From Pyrodictiaceae archaeon (GTDB lineage: Archaea > Thermoproteota > Thermoprotei_A > Sulfolobales > Pyrodictiaceae): a stretch of 64,000 nt of DNA. Below, piece after piece: positions 37,245 through 46,349 of the stretch (positions are counted from its first letter, which is position 1; each line of letters starts with the position of its first letter). The position numbers and the translations under genes are program-made. The notes under the pieces were generated by a model. It was not told the DNA's origin. It ran no database searches and worked only from the letters and a program-made list of their open reading frames with translations. The stretch covers positions 900,880-964,879 of the forward strand of contig JALVSY010000007.1 in assembly GCA_027036135.1 (NCBI GenBank), read 5' to 3'.

Positions 37245-38429
37245 CTATATTTTTATGTTTGGTATTACAAGTAGGAGCGTTAATAGAGATACTATGTTTG
37301 TTAATATCGTAGCACGTTGTTCGTCTCGTAGTATCCTAGCCAGAGTATCTTGTATGACCCGTGCTCCATCCGTTATAAAGAGCGGGGCAGCATTTATGGC
37401 TGCAAGACCTATATTGATTAGCTCCGTGAACAGTATTATAATGAATAGCGTGTATGCAGTATTAGCGCTTAATCCAATGTCAACAAGGGTCTTAGGTACT
37501 GCTGTAAAGTATATGCCTATTCTATCATAGCGTAGTCTTTCCTTTCCCTGTATATTAGGTGGTGCAGCTTTTTTCACAACTGTTATATTAGTATTGTTTA
37601 TTAACTGAAACACTATTACTAAGGTTATATTTGCTATAGTTCCGCCGTTCTCGTTTCTGAGCTTTATCATGGCTTCCTCAAACTTAGTTATATCCAAGGG
37701 TCCGCTATTGTTTATGTAAATGGCCTTTACGAGAACCCCTCTCTTTAACCCGTACTCTTGAGCGAAAGAGTTGGGGGCGATGTTAACTATGTACATATAA
37801 TAACCGTTAGCCACTAAGGGCTTCATAGCTGCCAGTAATAGTAGCCAGAGTACAACGTTTGCCAAGACACCTGCAGAGTAGACACGGAGCCTCGCTCTAA
37901 GAGGAGCTTTTCTCAGCTCATCTTCGTCTGGTTCAACGAAGGCTGCTGGGAGTAGTCCTAGGAAAATAAGGAATCCCGCATACTTTACGTCAATACCTGA
38001 ATATCTTGCTGCGAGGGCATGCATGACTTCGTGGGTAATAACAGCTATCCCTAGACCTGGTAGTAGGTAGAGAAACGTTCTGATATCTATTGATAAACCA
38101 GGTATTAGGGGGACTATGGGTGCTGCTCCTGCCGGTCTCCCTGAGACCAGTAACAGTATACGTTCGACAAGCATCTTGTAGAACAGGAACATGAGTACAA
38201 AGACCGATAATATGCCGATGTCAAGGAAGAGCCCAATTGCTTTGCTGCCACGTAGCTTATCAAAGCTCTCAAATCTTTTTCTCATCTTAATAGCTATGAC
38301 GAGCGGGCTCGCTTCTATTCTCTCACTCTGCCTCCTGCTAAGAATGATGCCAGCGAGTATCCATGCGGTAACATAGAATAGCAGTAGCTGCGCTGTTGAT
38401 ACCACTGGAGACAACCCCGCGGAGCACAA
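37245..38429 (-). CDS. Site-2 protease (M50)
   Basis: HEVMH, AFVEPD, AGVLAN, NAAPLFITDG. Confidence 0.92.
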   Translation of the reverse strand: MCSAGLSPVVSTAQLLLFYVTAWILAGIILSRRQSERIEASPLVIAIKMRKRFESFDKLRGSKAIGLFLDIGILSVFVLMFLFYKMLVERILLLVSGRPAGAAPIVPLIPGLSIDIRTFLYLLPGLGIAVITHEVMHALAARYSGIDVKYAGFLIFLGLLPAAFVEPDEDELRKAPLRARLRVYSAGVLANVVLWLLLLAAMKPLVANGYYMYIVNIAPNSFAQEYGLKRGVLVKAIYINNSGPLDITKFEEAMIKLRNENGGTIANITLVIVFQLINNTNITVVKKAAPPNIQGKERLRYDRIGIYFTAVPKTLVDIGLSANTAYTLFIIILFTELINIGLAAINAAPLFITDGARVIQDTLARILRDEQRATILTNIVSLLTLLLVIPNIKI

Positions 38430-38519
38430 AACAACAGACTACTGGATAAAAACCACTTAGTCTCTATCATCGTACATTGCGGCGGGTGTGTATGAGACGA
38501 TAACGAGGGGCTTGCTGGC

Positions 38520-39251
38520 ATGGTTAGAGAGAAGATTGAGAGACGGCCGGAGTATAGAGTAGTCGTCTATGACGAGAGACGTTGGTCTCTACTGAGAAAG
38601 CTTAGGGAGGAGGCTACTAGGATAATGAAGTCGCTTATGGAAGCAGGTATAGCCTCCATAGTTCATGGCAGTGTTGCCCGCGGTGATGTCCACGAGGGAA
38701 GCGATATAGACATCTTTGTCCCCTTCACGATACCTTCGTACCGTATAGAACTCGCCCTTGAGAGAGGCGGATTCCACATATCCCATAAACTAATTGTACA
38801 AGCTACTCCTTCTAGTACGCCTAAAGCCTATATAGTCTTAGATCCGGACGAGAAACGGGTAGTTAGCTTTCCGCTAGGAAAACTCGCTAAAAGAGAGTAC
38901 GAGTTCTATTACTTTGGCGGAGCACTAGATCTTCAAGGCTTGCTAAGGAATATCCGCGTACCAGGTGTTGATAAGCGACTGGTACTAATTGAGCCTACTC
39001 AGCAGGGGCATATAGAGTATAGTATCATAGGGCGAGAAGCCGAAGCAGCTAGGAAAATAGGCATAAGTTTAGAAACTGTTCTCGAAAGAGTACGTGTTCT
39101 TACGAGGAGAGACGAGGTAGGTAGAACCGGTGTATTTGTTAAGGTTGAGTTGGAGCCTTGGGACTCTATTGAAGAGGCTGCTAAGCGTGTAGCACGTAAC
39201 AACCCATTGTTTAGGCGTGCATTGCGCGAGCGTGCATCGCCAATAGTATAG
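38520..39251 (+). CDS. Predicted nucleotidyltransferase
   Basis: HGSVARGDVHEGSDIDI; GVDKRL; GRTGVF. Confidence 0.88.
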   Translation: MVREKIERRPEYRVVVYDERRWSLLRKLREEATRIMKSLMEAGIASIVHGSVARGDVHEGSDIDIFVPFTIPSYRIELALERGGFHISHKLIVQATPSSTPKAYIVLDPDEKRVVSFPLGKLAKREYEFYYFGGALDLQGLLRNIRVPGVDKRLVLIEPTQQGHIEYSIIGREAEAARKIGISLETVLERVRVLTRRDEVGRTGVFVKVELEPWDSIEEAAKRVARNNPLFRRALRERASPIV

Positions 39252-39266
39252 GAAAGGTGGCTATGC

Positions 39267-40298
39267 ATGTATGGAGAGAATGCCCAGAAGCGTTTAGTGA
39301 TTATGCCAGGTGTGTATGCATATGTAGGTGATTTGCCTAAAGGATGCAGACTTTGTATTCAGGGAACAAAAATGGTTATATTCATAACTGGTGTGTGTCA
39401 TGATAAATGCTTCTACTGTCCGGTCTCCAGAGAGCGTTTTGGAAAACTCGTGGCTTACGCTGATGAGGAACCTGTTCATAAACTAGAAGATATTGTTGAC
39501 GAAGCTCTTCGAATAGGCGCTGATGGCGCTAGCATAACTGGGGGTGATCCTCTAGTAGCACTGGATAGGACGATAAGGGCGATAAGGATCTTAAAGGAAC
39601 TATTTGGAGAAACCTTCCATATTCACTTGTATACAAGTGGTCGTTACGCTACAGCTAGTGTGCTAAGGGAGTTAGAGCGCGCTGGACTTGATGAAATACG
39701 TTTTCATCCAACTGCTCAATGGCTCCTAAAAAGAATAGAAACAGCTATAAAAGTTCTGAGACGTGTGCGCGTGGGCGTTGAGGTGCCCGTGCTCCCCGAT
39801 AAAGTTGATGAACTAAAGTCTCTTATAAAGTGGCTAGACGAGATAGGTGCCGAGTTCATAAACCTTAACGAGGCAGAGGTTTCGCCATCAAATATCGCAG
39901 AGCTTATGAAACGTGGCTACAAGGTTCATAGGGATGCTCCAATAGTACTAGGTAGCGAGGAGGCAGCGATAGAGTTAGTGAGATGGGCTCTTGAGAATAC
40001 AAGGAGAATAACGGTTCACTATTGCCCGGCTCGCTATAAGGATAGAGTTCAAATGCGAATACGATTATTGAGAAAGGCTCTAAGGGTTGCAAAACCGTAT
40101 GAGGAGCACGATTCTCAGGGCTTGTTAAGGGCTAAGAGGGGGCCAAGGTCGCCTGAGTACTTGCATCTAGTTGAGGAGGGATATGGCGAGATAATTGACG
40201 GCTATGTTGTATTTACACCACGCTTACCAATTAGGGGAGAGGAGATTAGGAGATATCCGACCAAAATGTATAGTTTGCTTCCCTCAGAAAAGGGATAA
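39267..40298 (+). CDS. Radical SAM protein
   Basis: CHDKCFYC (CX3CX2C); TGGDP; DEIRFHP. Confidence 0.92.
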   Translation: MYGENAQKRLVIMPGVYAYVGDLPKGCRLCIQGTKMVIFITGVCHDKCFYCPVSRERFGKLVAYADEEPVHKLEDIVDEALRIGADGASITGGDPLVALDRTIRAIRILKELFGETFHIHLYTSGRYATASVLRELERAGLDEIRFHPTAQWLLKRIETAIKVLRRVRVGVEVPVLPDKVDELKSLIKWLDEIGAEFINLNEAEVSPSNIAELMKRGYKVHRDAPIVLGSEEAAIELVRWALENTRRITVHYCPARYKDRVQMRIRLLRKALRVAKPYEEHDSQGLLRAKRGPRSPEYLHLVEEGYGEIIDGYVVFTPRLPIRGEEIRRYPTKMYSLLPSEKG

Positions 40299-40301
40299 AG
40301 C

Positions 40302-41366
40302 CTAGGTAAATGAGTAGCGAAGTATTGCCACTACGCCGCCTAGTGCCTTAACCTTGAGCCCAGCAGGGGTCTCTGCACTAACGAAGCTTATCTTAGCTCT
40401 AGTCTTGTCGGCGTCCCGGAGCAGTTTGTCAACTTTCTCCCGTATAGCGGGGTCCGGGTGGCGAACTAGTTCATCAAGTATTAGTAATTCCTCGATGGCT
40501 CCCGCCTCTGCGGCTCTAATTACTTCGTCAAGTGTGTACGCAACTCTTCCCGGTTCTTTTGCAAGCATTTTCTCGAACTTCTCAATAAATTCCTCTGCAT
40601 AGATGCTAGCAGCTTCTCTTAGAGCATCTCTAAGTGCTCCTCGCCGTATTTCCTCGTAGACGCCGGCGGAGCCTCCCATTGAGGCGTTATCGCGGAGAAT
40701 TCTAGGCAGGCTTGTTATTCTCTCCCTTATTAGGTCTAGTAACATGTCTTTTACTGATCCTGGCCCCGTAACTACGAGAAGTAGTGGTTTTTCCCGCCGG
40801 ATTAGCTCTTCAATAATCTTGGTTATCTCAACCAAGGCTTCATGTAGTCTTTCTTCTCGGTGAGGATCATCTTTACCAGGTAGACGTAGCGAGCCCTCTG
40901 CAACTATCTTAACTCCTTGTCCCTTTACTATGGCTACAGCGTATTCGTCATAGTCGATGGCTGCTATGAGGGCTGTAGGGCCCTTACTTGCCTCTTCTAT
41001 CCGCTTAAGAATAGAATGCGGCCATCCATTGGGCTTTGTAATCTCTATCTCAGTTCCAACGTCGAGGCTTATAGTGTGATATTTCCCGAGCACGCCATAC
41101 TTCTCGGGACCCTCGACGACGACTCCGCGTATCCTAAGCCTAGTAGTAAAGGGCTGAAACTCCGTACTCTCGACCCTTATCTTTAGAACCATAGGGATAC
41201 GGCTACTCCTTCCGCTCCCTCTTTCACCGAAGTGAATCTCGCGAAAAGTCTTTGCTCTAACGTAGTCACCTGGCTGAATAATAGTGTGGAGGAGCCAGAG
41301 ATCGTCCGTTGACTCTGGAATAACCTTGATGACGCCTTGTTTTAAGTCCTTGTAGACTATTCTCAC
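40302..41366 (-). CDS. pelA: Pelota ribosome-rescue factor
   Basis: DDLWLL, RLRIRGVV, GKYHT, LGGVVAILRY. Confidence 0.95.
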   Translation of the reverse strand: MRIVYKDLKQGVIKVIPESTDDLWLLHTIIQPGDYVRAKTFREIHFGERGSGRSSRIPMVLKIRVESTEFQPFTTRLRIRGVVVEGPEKYGVLGKYHTISLDVGTEIEITKPNGWPHSILKRIEEASKGPTALIAAIDYDEYAVAIVKGQGVKIVAEGSLRLPGKDDPHREERLHEALVEITKIIEELIRREKPLLLVVTGPGSVKDMLLDLIRERITSLPRILRDNASMGGSAGVYEEIRRGALRDALREAASIYAEEFIEKFEKMLAKEPGRVAYTLDEVIRAAEAGAIEELLILDELVRHPDPAIREKVDKLLRDADKTRAKISFVSAETPAGLKVKALGGVVAILRYSFT

Positions 41367-41435
41367 TAATTCCCCCTTGCTTGGCTGTACCTATATCCTA
41401 GGGCTCATAAATCCTCGTATCAGCGGGGGTAGGCC

Positions 41436-41912
41436 TTAGGCAGGGCTAAATGTGGATATATAGTTAGGAGTGCTGAGCGCGAGGACTTAGATCAAGTATT
41501 TCTAATAGAGCTCAAGTCTTTTGATTCCCCTTATCCTAGATGGTATTTCGATATATTATATGAGCTTAGTAATGGCGGTAAGTATTTTCTCGTGTCAGTT
41601 GATGAGAACGGCTATATTGATGGCTACATAGTTGCTCTTCAGCGGAGGGGCGGTATTTGCCACATAGTCTCGATAGCTGTTAGGAAAGATTGTCGCCGGC
41701 AACACGTAGCCTCTATCCTATTACAAAGCCTCTTTGAGCTATGCGATGTATCACAGCCCCGTCTCTATATTCTTGAGGTCGATATTCGAAACATGGGTGC
41801 CCAAGTGCTCTATGCTAAACACGGCTTCGGCTATGCGGGGCTCATACCAAACTATTACGGCAGTGAGCGCCACGCTCTAGTAATGGTCAAGATCCCTGCC
41901 TGGAAATGTTAG
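41436..41912 (+). CDS. RimI/Ard1-like N-acetyltransferase (start uncertain)
   Basis: In-frame upstream IVRSAEREDLDQVFLIELKSFDSPY; HIVSIAV, LEV..N..A..LY, IPNYY. Confidence 0.85.
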   Translation, partial: LGRAKCGYIVRSAEREDLDQVFLIELKSFDSPYPRWYFDILYELSNGGKYFLVSVDENGYIDGYIVALQRRGGICHIVSIAVRKDCRRQHVASILLQSLFELCDVSQPRLYILEVDIRNMGAQVLYAKHGFGYAGLIPNYYGSERHALVMVKIPAWKC

Positions 41913-41958
41913 CGAAAAAAGTCTCTACTCATTACTACTACTAATACGGGCCACCACA

Positions 41959-44379
41959 TTGCCGCAAAAAATAGAGTTCATGCTCCTCGATTCAAGCTAT
42001 GAGATAATAGGCAAAGAACCAGTAATAGTACTCTGGGGCCTACTGCCCAGTGGTGAGCGCGCTGTTCTATTCGATAAGAGGTTTAGGCCTTACTTCTACG
42101 CATTACTAGCTAAGAATGCCACTGACTATGAGAAAGTTATGAGTCGTATTAGGGGGCTAAGTAAGCCCCCAAGCCCAATTATTGATGTAAGACTTCTTGA
42201 TAAAAAGTACTTTGGGAGGCCTCGCAAAGCTATCCGTGTAACAACGGTCATACCGGAGTACGTTAGGACCTATCGTGAGGAAGTCAGGCGTATCAATGAC
42301 GTTGAAGATGTCCTTGAAGCTGATATAAGGTTTGCAATGAGATACCTAATTGATAAACATTTGTTCCCATTTCACGTCTACGAGGTCGAAGTAGAAGAGA
42401 TAAAATCCTTGGCTGGGTATCGTGTACAAAAAGCGTTCAACATAGTATCGGATCCGAGGCCTCGAGAGGACGCGCCTATACAAAGCTACTTATCCATGCT
42501 CCGTGTCCTTGCGTTCGACATCGAGGTTTATAGTAAGCATGGAAGTCCTAACCCTAATACAGACCCAGTAATAATCATAGCTGTGATGGATTCCTCGGGG
42601 CAGAAGAAGCTTTTTGAAGCAGATGGATATGACGATAAAAAAGCTATAAGAGAGTTTATCAACTATGTGAAAAGTTTTGATCCAGACATTATTGTTGGAT
42701 ATAATAATAACGAGTTTGATTGGCCATACTTGCTTAATAGGGCTCATAGACTAGGAATAAAGCTTGACGTAACTAGGCGAGTAGGCGCTGAACCAACTAC
42801 GAGTGTTCACGGCCATATATCGGTTCCTGGTCGCCTGAACGTAGACCTATACGACTATGCTGAGGAAATGCATGAAATAAAGGTTAAGACTCTAGAAGAG
42901 GTAGCTGAGTACCTAGGCGTGATGAAGAAGAGCGAGCGAGTCCTAATAGATTGGTGGCGTATCCCCGAATACTGGGATGATCCCAAGAAACGCGACCTAC
43001 TACGCCAATACGCCTTGGACGATGTCGTCTCGACCTATGGGCTAGCGGAGAAGATGCTGCCGTTCGCTATCCAGTTATCAACAGTTACTGGTGTTCCACT
43101 GGACCAAGTTGGTGCTATGGGAGTAGGCTTTAGGCTAGAATGGTACCTTATTCGTGCAGCATACGACATGAATGAGCTTGTGCCTAATAGAGTAGAACGT
43201 AGAGAGGAGAGTTACCGCGGAGCTATAGTGCTTAAGCCGCTAAGAGGCGTTCACGAAAACATAGCTGTTCTGGACTTTAGCTCAATGTATCCAAACATAA
43301 TGATAAAGTACAATGTAGGCCCCGATACTATAGTTGATGATTCGGCTGAGTGCGAGAAATACGGTGGCTGCTATGTCGCCCCCGAGGTTGGGCATAGATT
43401 TCGCAAGGAGCCTCCAGGCTTCTTCAAAACCGTGCTGGTAAATCTGATATCTCTTAGGAAGAAGGTTAGAGAGGAAATGAAGAAGTATCCAGTTAATTCA
43501 CCGGAGTATCGGCTACTCGATGAGAGACAGAAGGCTCTCAAGGTATTAGCTAATGCTAGCTACGGGTACATGGGATGGACGGGTGCCCGGTGGTATTGTA
43601 GGAGATGCGCTGAAGCTGTAACAGCTTGGGGGAGAAACCTTATCCGCTCAGCTATAGAGTACGCACGTAAGCTAGGACTCAAGGTAATATACGGCGACAC
43701 GGACTCGCTCTTCGTGACATATGATCCCGAGAAGGTCAAGAAGCTTATAGAGTATGTTGAGAAGGAGCTAGGCTTCGAGATAAAAATAGACAAGATATAT
43801 AAGAGGGTATTCTTCACAGAGGCTAAGAAAAGATATGCAGGCATACTTGAGGATGGGCGAATAGATATTGTAGGGTTCGAGGCAGTTCGAGGCGACTGGT
43901 GTGAACTAGCCAAGGAAGTCCAGGCAACAACTGCTGAGATAGTCCTCAAGACGGGGAACGTGGATCAAGCTATAGAGTACGTTAGAAGAGTAATAAAGGA
44001 GCTTAGGGAAAGGAAAATACCTATAGAGAAGCTAATTATATGGAAAACTCTTAGCAAGAAACTAGACGAGTACGAGCATGAGGCCCCGCACGTAGTAGCT
44101 GCCAAGAGGATGCGAGATGCAGGATATGAAGTATCTCCCGGCGATAAAATAGGCTACGTGATAGTAAAAGGTCGAGGAAGCATATCAAGTCGCGCATACC
44201 CATACTTCATGGTAAAGCCCGAGGACATTGATGTAGAATATTACATTGATAGACAGATTATACCAGCAGCCCTAAGGATACTAGGCTACTTCGGGGTCAC
44301 CGAGAACCAGTTAAAGGCAGCTGCTGCGGCAGGCCAGCGGAGTCTATTCGAGTTCTTTACAGCTAAGAGAGGTAAGTGA
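41959..44379 (+). CDS. polB: Family B DNA polymerase (PolB3-like), no intein
   Basis: FDIE, DFSSMYP, KVLANASYGY, YGDTDS. Confidence 0.97.
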   Translation: MPQKIEFMLLDSSYEIIGKEPVIVLWGLLPSGERAVLFDKRFRPYFYALLAKNATDYEKVMSRIRGLSKPPSPIIDVRLLDKKYFGRPRKAIRVTTVIPEYVRTYREEVRRINDVEDVLEADIRFAMRYLIDKHLFPFHVYEVEVEEIKSLAGYRVQKAFNIVSDPRPREDAPIQSYLSMLRVLAFDIEVYSKHGSPNPNTDPVIIIAVMDSSGQKKLFEADGYDDKKAIREFINYVKSFDPDIIVGYNNNEFDWPYLLNRAHRLGIKLDVTRRVGAEPTTSVHGHISVPGRLNVDLYDYAEEMHEIKVKTLEEVAEYLGVMKKSERVLIDWWRIPEYWDDPKKRDLLRQYALDDVVSTYGLAEKMLPFAIQLSTVTGVPLDQVGAMGVGFRLEWYLIRAAYDMNELVPNRVERREESYRGAIVLKPLRGVHENIAVLDFSSMYPNIMIKYNVGPDTIVDDSAECEKYGGCYVAPEVGHRFRKEPPGFFKTVLVNLISLRKKVREEMKKYPVNSPEYRLLDERQKALKVLANASYGYMGWTGARWYCRRCAEAVTAWGRNLIRSAIEYARKLGLKVIYGDTDSLFVTYDPEKVKKLIEYVEKELGFEIKIDKIYKRVFFTEAKKRYAGILEDGRIDIVGFEAVRGDWCELAKEVQATTAEIVLKTGNVDQAIEYVRRVIKELRERKIPIEKLIIWKTLSKKLDEYEHEAPHVVAAKRMRDAGYEVSPGDKIGYVIVKGRGSISSRAYPYFMVKPEDIDVEYYIDRQIIPAALRILGYFGVTENQLKAAAAAGQRSLFEFFTAKRGK

Positions 44380-44467
44380 TCCCTTCTCACAAGGTATATT
44401 AGAGATCAGTGGTTAATTGTATTCCGTCGTAGAAAGGGGTATAGGGACGAGCCAGCGGTGGATAGCA

Positions 44468-45283
44468 ATGATACTAGCCTCGTGGAGATCACTTGTATGG
44501 GTTATACGGAGAGCTGATATAGTCTTAGAAGTAGTTGACGCACGAGATCCAATATCTACTCGTAGTCGCAGACTGGAGCGCCTCGTTGAGAGTATGGGAA
44601 AGAAACTAATAATAGTCATTAATAAAAGCGATCTTGTACCCCGAGATGTTGCCGAGAAATGGAAGAAGCTGTTTGAGAATAGGGGTTACAGAGCCGTTTA
44701 TATTGCTGCGAGAGACCATAAGGGTACAAGAAGGCTCCGTATAGCTATTAGAAGGGCAGCTACAAGCCTTCCCGCAATAGTCGCTGTGACGGGGTTCCCA
44801 AAGACAGGAAAGTCGAGCATCATAAATGCGCTAAAAGGGCGTCATAGCGCCTCTACAAGCCCCATTCCCGGAAGCCCGGGCTACACTACTCATGCTCAGC
44901 TCTATCGAATAGGAGAGAACTTATACATGGTAGATACACCGGGAGTTATTCCCGTTGAGGGCGGGCCTTTGGAAGCCATTATACGTGGTTATCCTCCTGA
45001 ACAGCTAAAGGACCCAGTTAGGCCAGCAGTAATACTTCTTGAAAAGGCTCTACGCTATAACCCTAGAAGCGTTAAGGATGCTTATGGCATTGACGAGAAA
45101 GATCCTTATAAGATACTTGAACTGATTGCCCTAAGACGTGGATGGCGCTATAAGAGTGATGGCGAACCTTTAATAGAAGAGGCTGCCCGTGTAGTTATAA
45201 GAGATTATCATAAAGGAAAGCTTCTCTTCTATGTACCTCCAGAGGAGTATCTAGTACGTGTCTCTAGGCATAGCCGGAGCTAA
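44468..45283 (+). CDS. Circularly permuted GTPase (RbgA/YlqF family)
   Basis: DARDP, NKSD, GFPKTGKSS, DTPG in permuted order. Confidence 0.93.
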   Translation: MILASWRSLVWVIRRADIVLEVVDARDPISTRSRRLERLVESMGKKLIIVINKSDLVPRDVAEKWKKLFENRGYRAVYIAARDHKGTRRLRIAIRRAATSLPAIVAVTGFPKTGKSSIINALKGRHSASTSPIPGSPGYTTHAQLYRIGENLYMVDTPGVIPVEGGPLEAIIRGYPPEQLKDPVRPAVILLEKALRYNPRSVKDAYGIDEKDPYKILELIALRRGWRYKSDGEPLIEEAARVVIRDYHKGKLLFYVPPEEYLVRVSRHSRS

Positions 45284-45304
45284 TGCTGCGAGCGTGATGA
45301 AGCG

Positions 45305-45868
45305 TTGGCAACTAGTAAGCGGTTTGTAGTAATAACAGGGCGTCCGGGTGTTGGGAAGACCACGCTCGTTAAGCGTGTTCTAGAAAGGCTTGCTTCTGAC
45401 GGCATCTCTGTTATCGGTTTCTATTGCCCCGAGGTCCGAGTAGGTGGCAGAAGAATAGGTTTTCGCATCGAGAGCCTTGATGGAAGGGTGTCAGGCTGGC
45501 TTGCCAAGATAAGTGGATGTGATGGTCCCATGGTAGGACGTTATACTACTTGTAGGGAGGCGGAAAAGGTCGCGGAGGATGCTCTAAGAGGTCTAGTCCG
45601 CGCTGACCTAGTTATTATAGACGAGATAGGTCCTATGGAGTTAAGACTTCCCGGAATACGTAGGGTAATTCTCAACGTTATTAAGTCCGAGAAGCCTGGT
45701 GTCTTTGTTGCGCACTATCGCTTGAGGGATCCCGAGATTCTCCCAGTTCTTAAGACAAAGGGGTACTGGTTCGAAGTAACCCCTGAGAACCGTGACAGAC
45801 TTGTTGACGAAGTTTATGCTATTGCTAAAGACCTTGTAAGCAAAGTTAGGGCAAGAGAGTCAAGTTAA
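45305..45868 (+). CDS. Nucleoside triphosphatase (THEP1 family)
   Basis: GRPGVGKTT, RIGF, IDEIGPME. Confidence 0.92.
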   Translation: MATSKRFVVITGRPGVGKTTLVKRVLERLASDGISVIGFYCPEVRVGGRRIGFRIESLDGRVSGWLAKISGCDGPMVGRYTTCREAEKVAEDALRGLVRADLVIIDEIGPMELRLPGIRRVILNVIKSEKPGVFVAHYRLRDPEILPVLKTKGYWFEVTPENRDRLVDEVYAIAKDLVSKVRARESS

Positions 45869-46043
45869 TATAGATAGTCGTGTAGCAAGCAAGAGAATCA
45901 TAACTTATGGGGCGGGATGCCCGCGCGTTCCAGCGCTGATAGTATGATGTTGTTGCTATAGTACTTCCGCCCCCGGGTACCGCCCACAAGGGATTAGCAT
46001 TAAAAGCTGTAGTCCGGGTGCTAGGGAGTGGGGGTAGGTAGTA

Positions 46044-46328
46044 ATGGCGAACGAGAAGTGTAAAGAATATATAGTGGTCATTGGGGAGAAGCAAATTTTC
46101 ATTACTCCAGAGATACTCAAGGTCATACATGAGTACTTGCACCGTCCTATGAGCCTTGAAGAGCTAGCGAAGAAGCTGGGGCTTGAGACATGGGAGGAGG
46201 CTTATGAGTTCATTAAGAGAGTTCCTGCATGGATTATGTGGATGCCCGTGAACCTATGGAGGCTTCGTTTGGAGAAAGAAGGCTGCCTCGAACTCTTTGA
46301 AGGTGTGGAGCAAAGCGGAGAAGAGTAA
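46044..46328 (+). CDS. Small hypothetical protein
   Basis: 94 aa with RBS; HTH-like MSLEELAKKLGL. Confidence 0.75.
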   Translation: MANEKCKEYIVVIGEKQIFITPEILKVIHEYLHRPMSLEELAKKLGLETWEEAYEFIKRVPAWIMWMPVNLWRLRLEKEGCLELFEGVEQSGEE

Positions 46329-46349
46329 AACTGTATTTACTACTATTCC

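Noticed and set aside
45910-45990. Possible C/D sRNA (CTGA..ATGATG) between the NTPase and the small ORF
   Set aside because: Box C is weak and there is no clear terminal D box; too little support.
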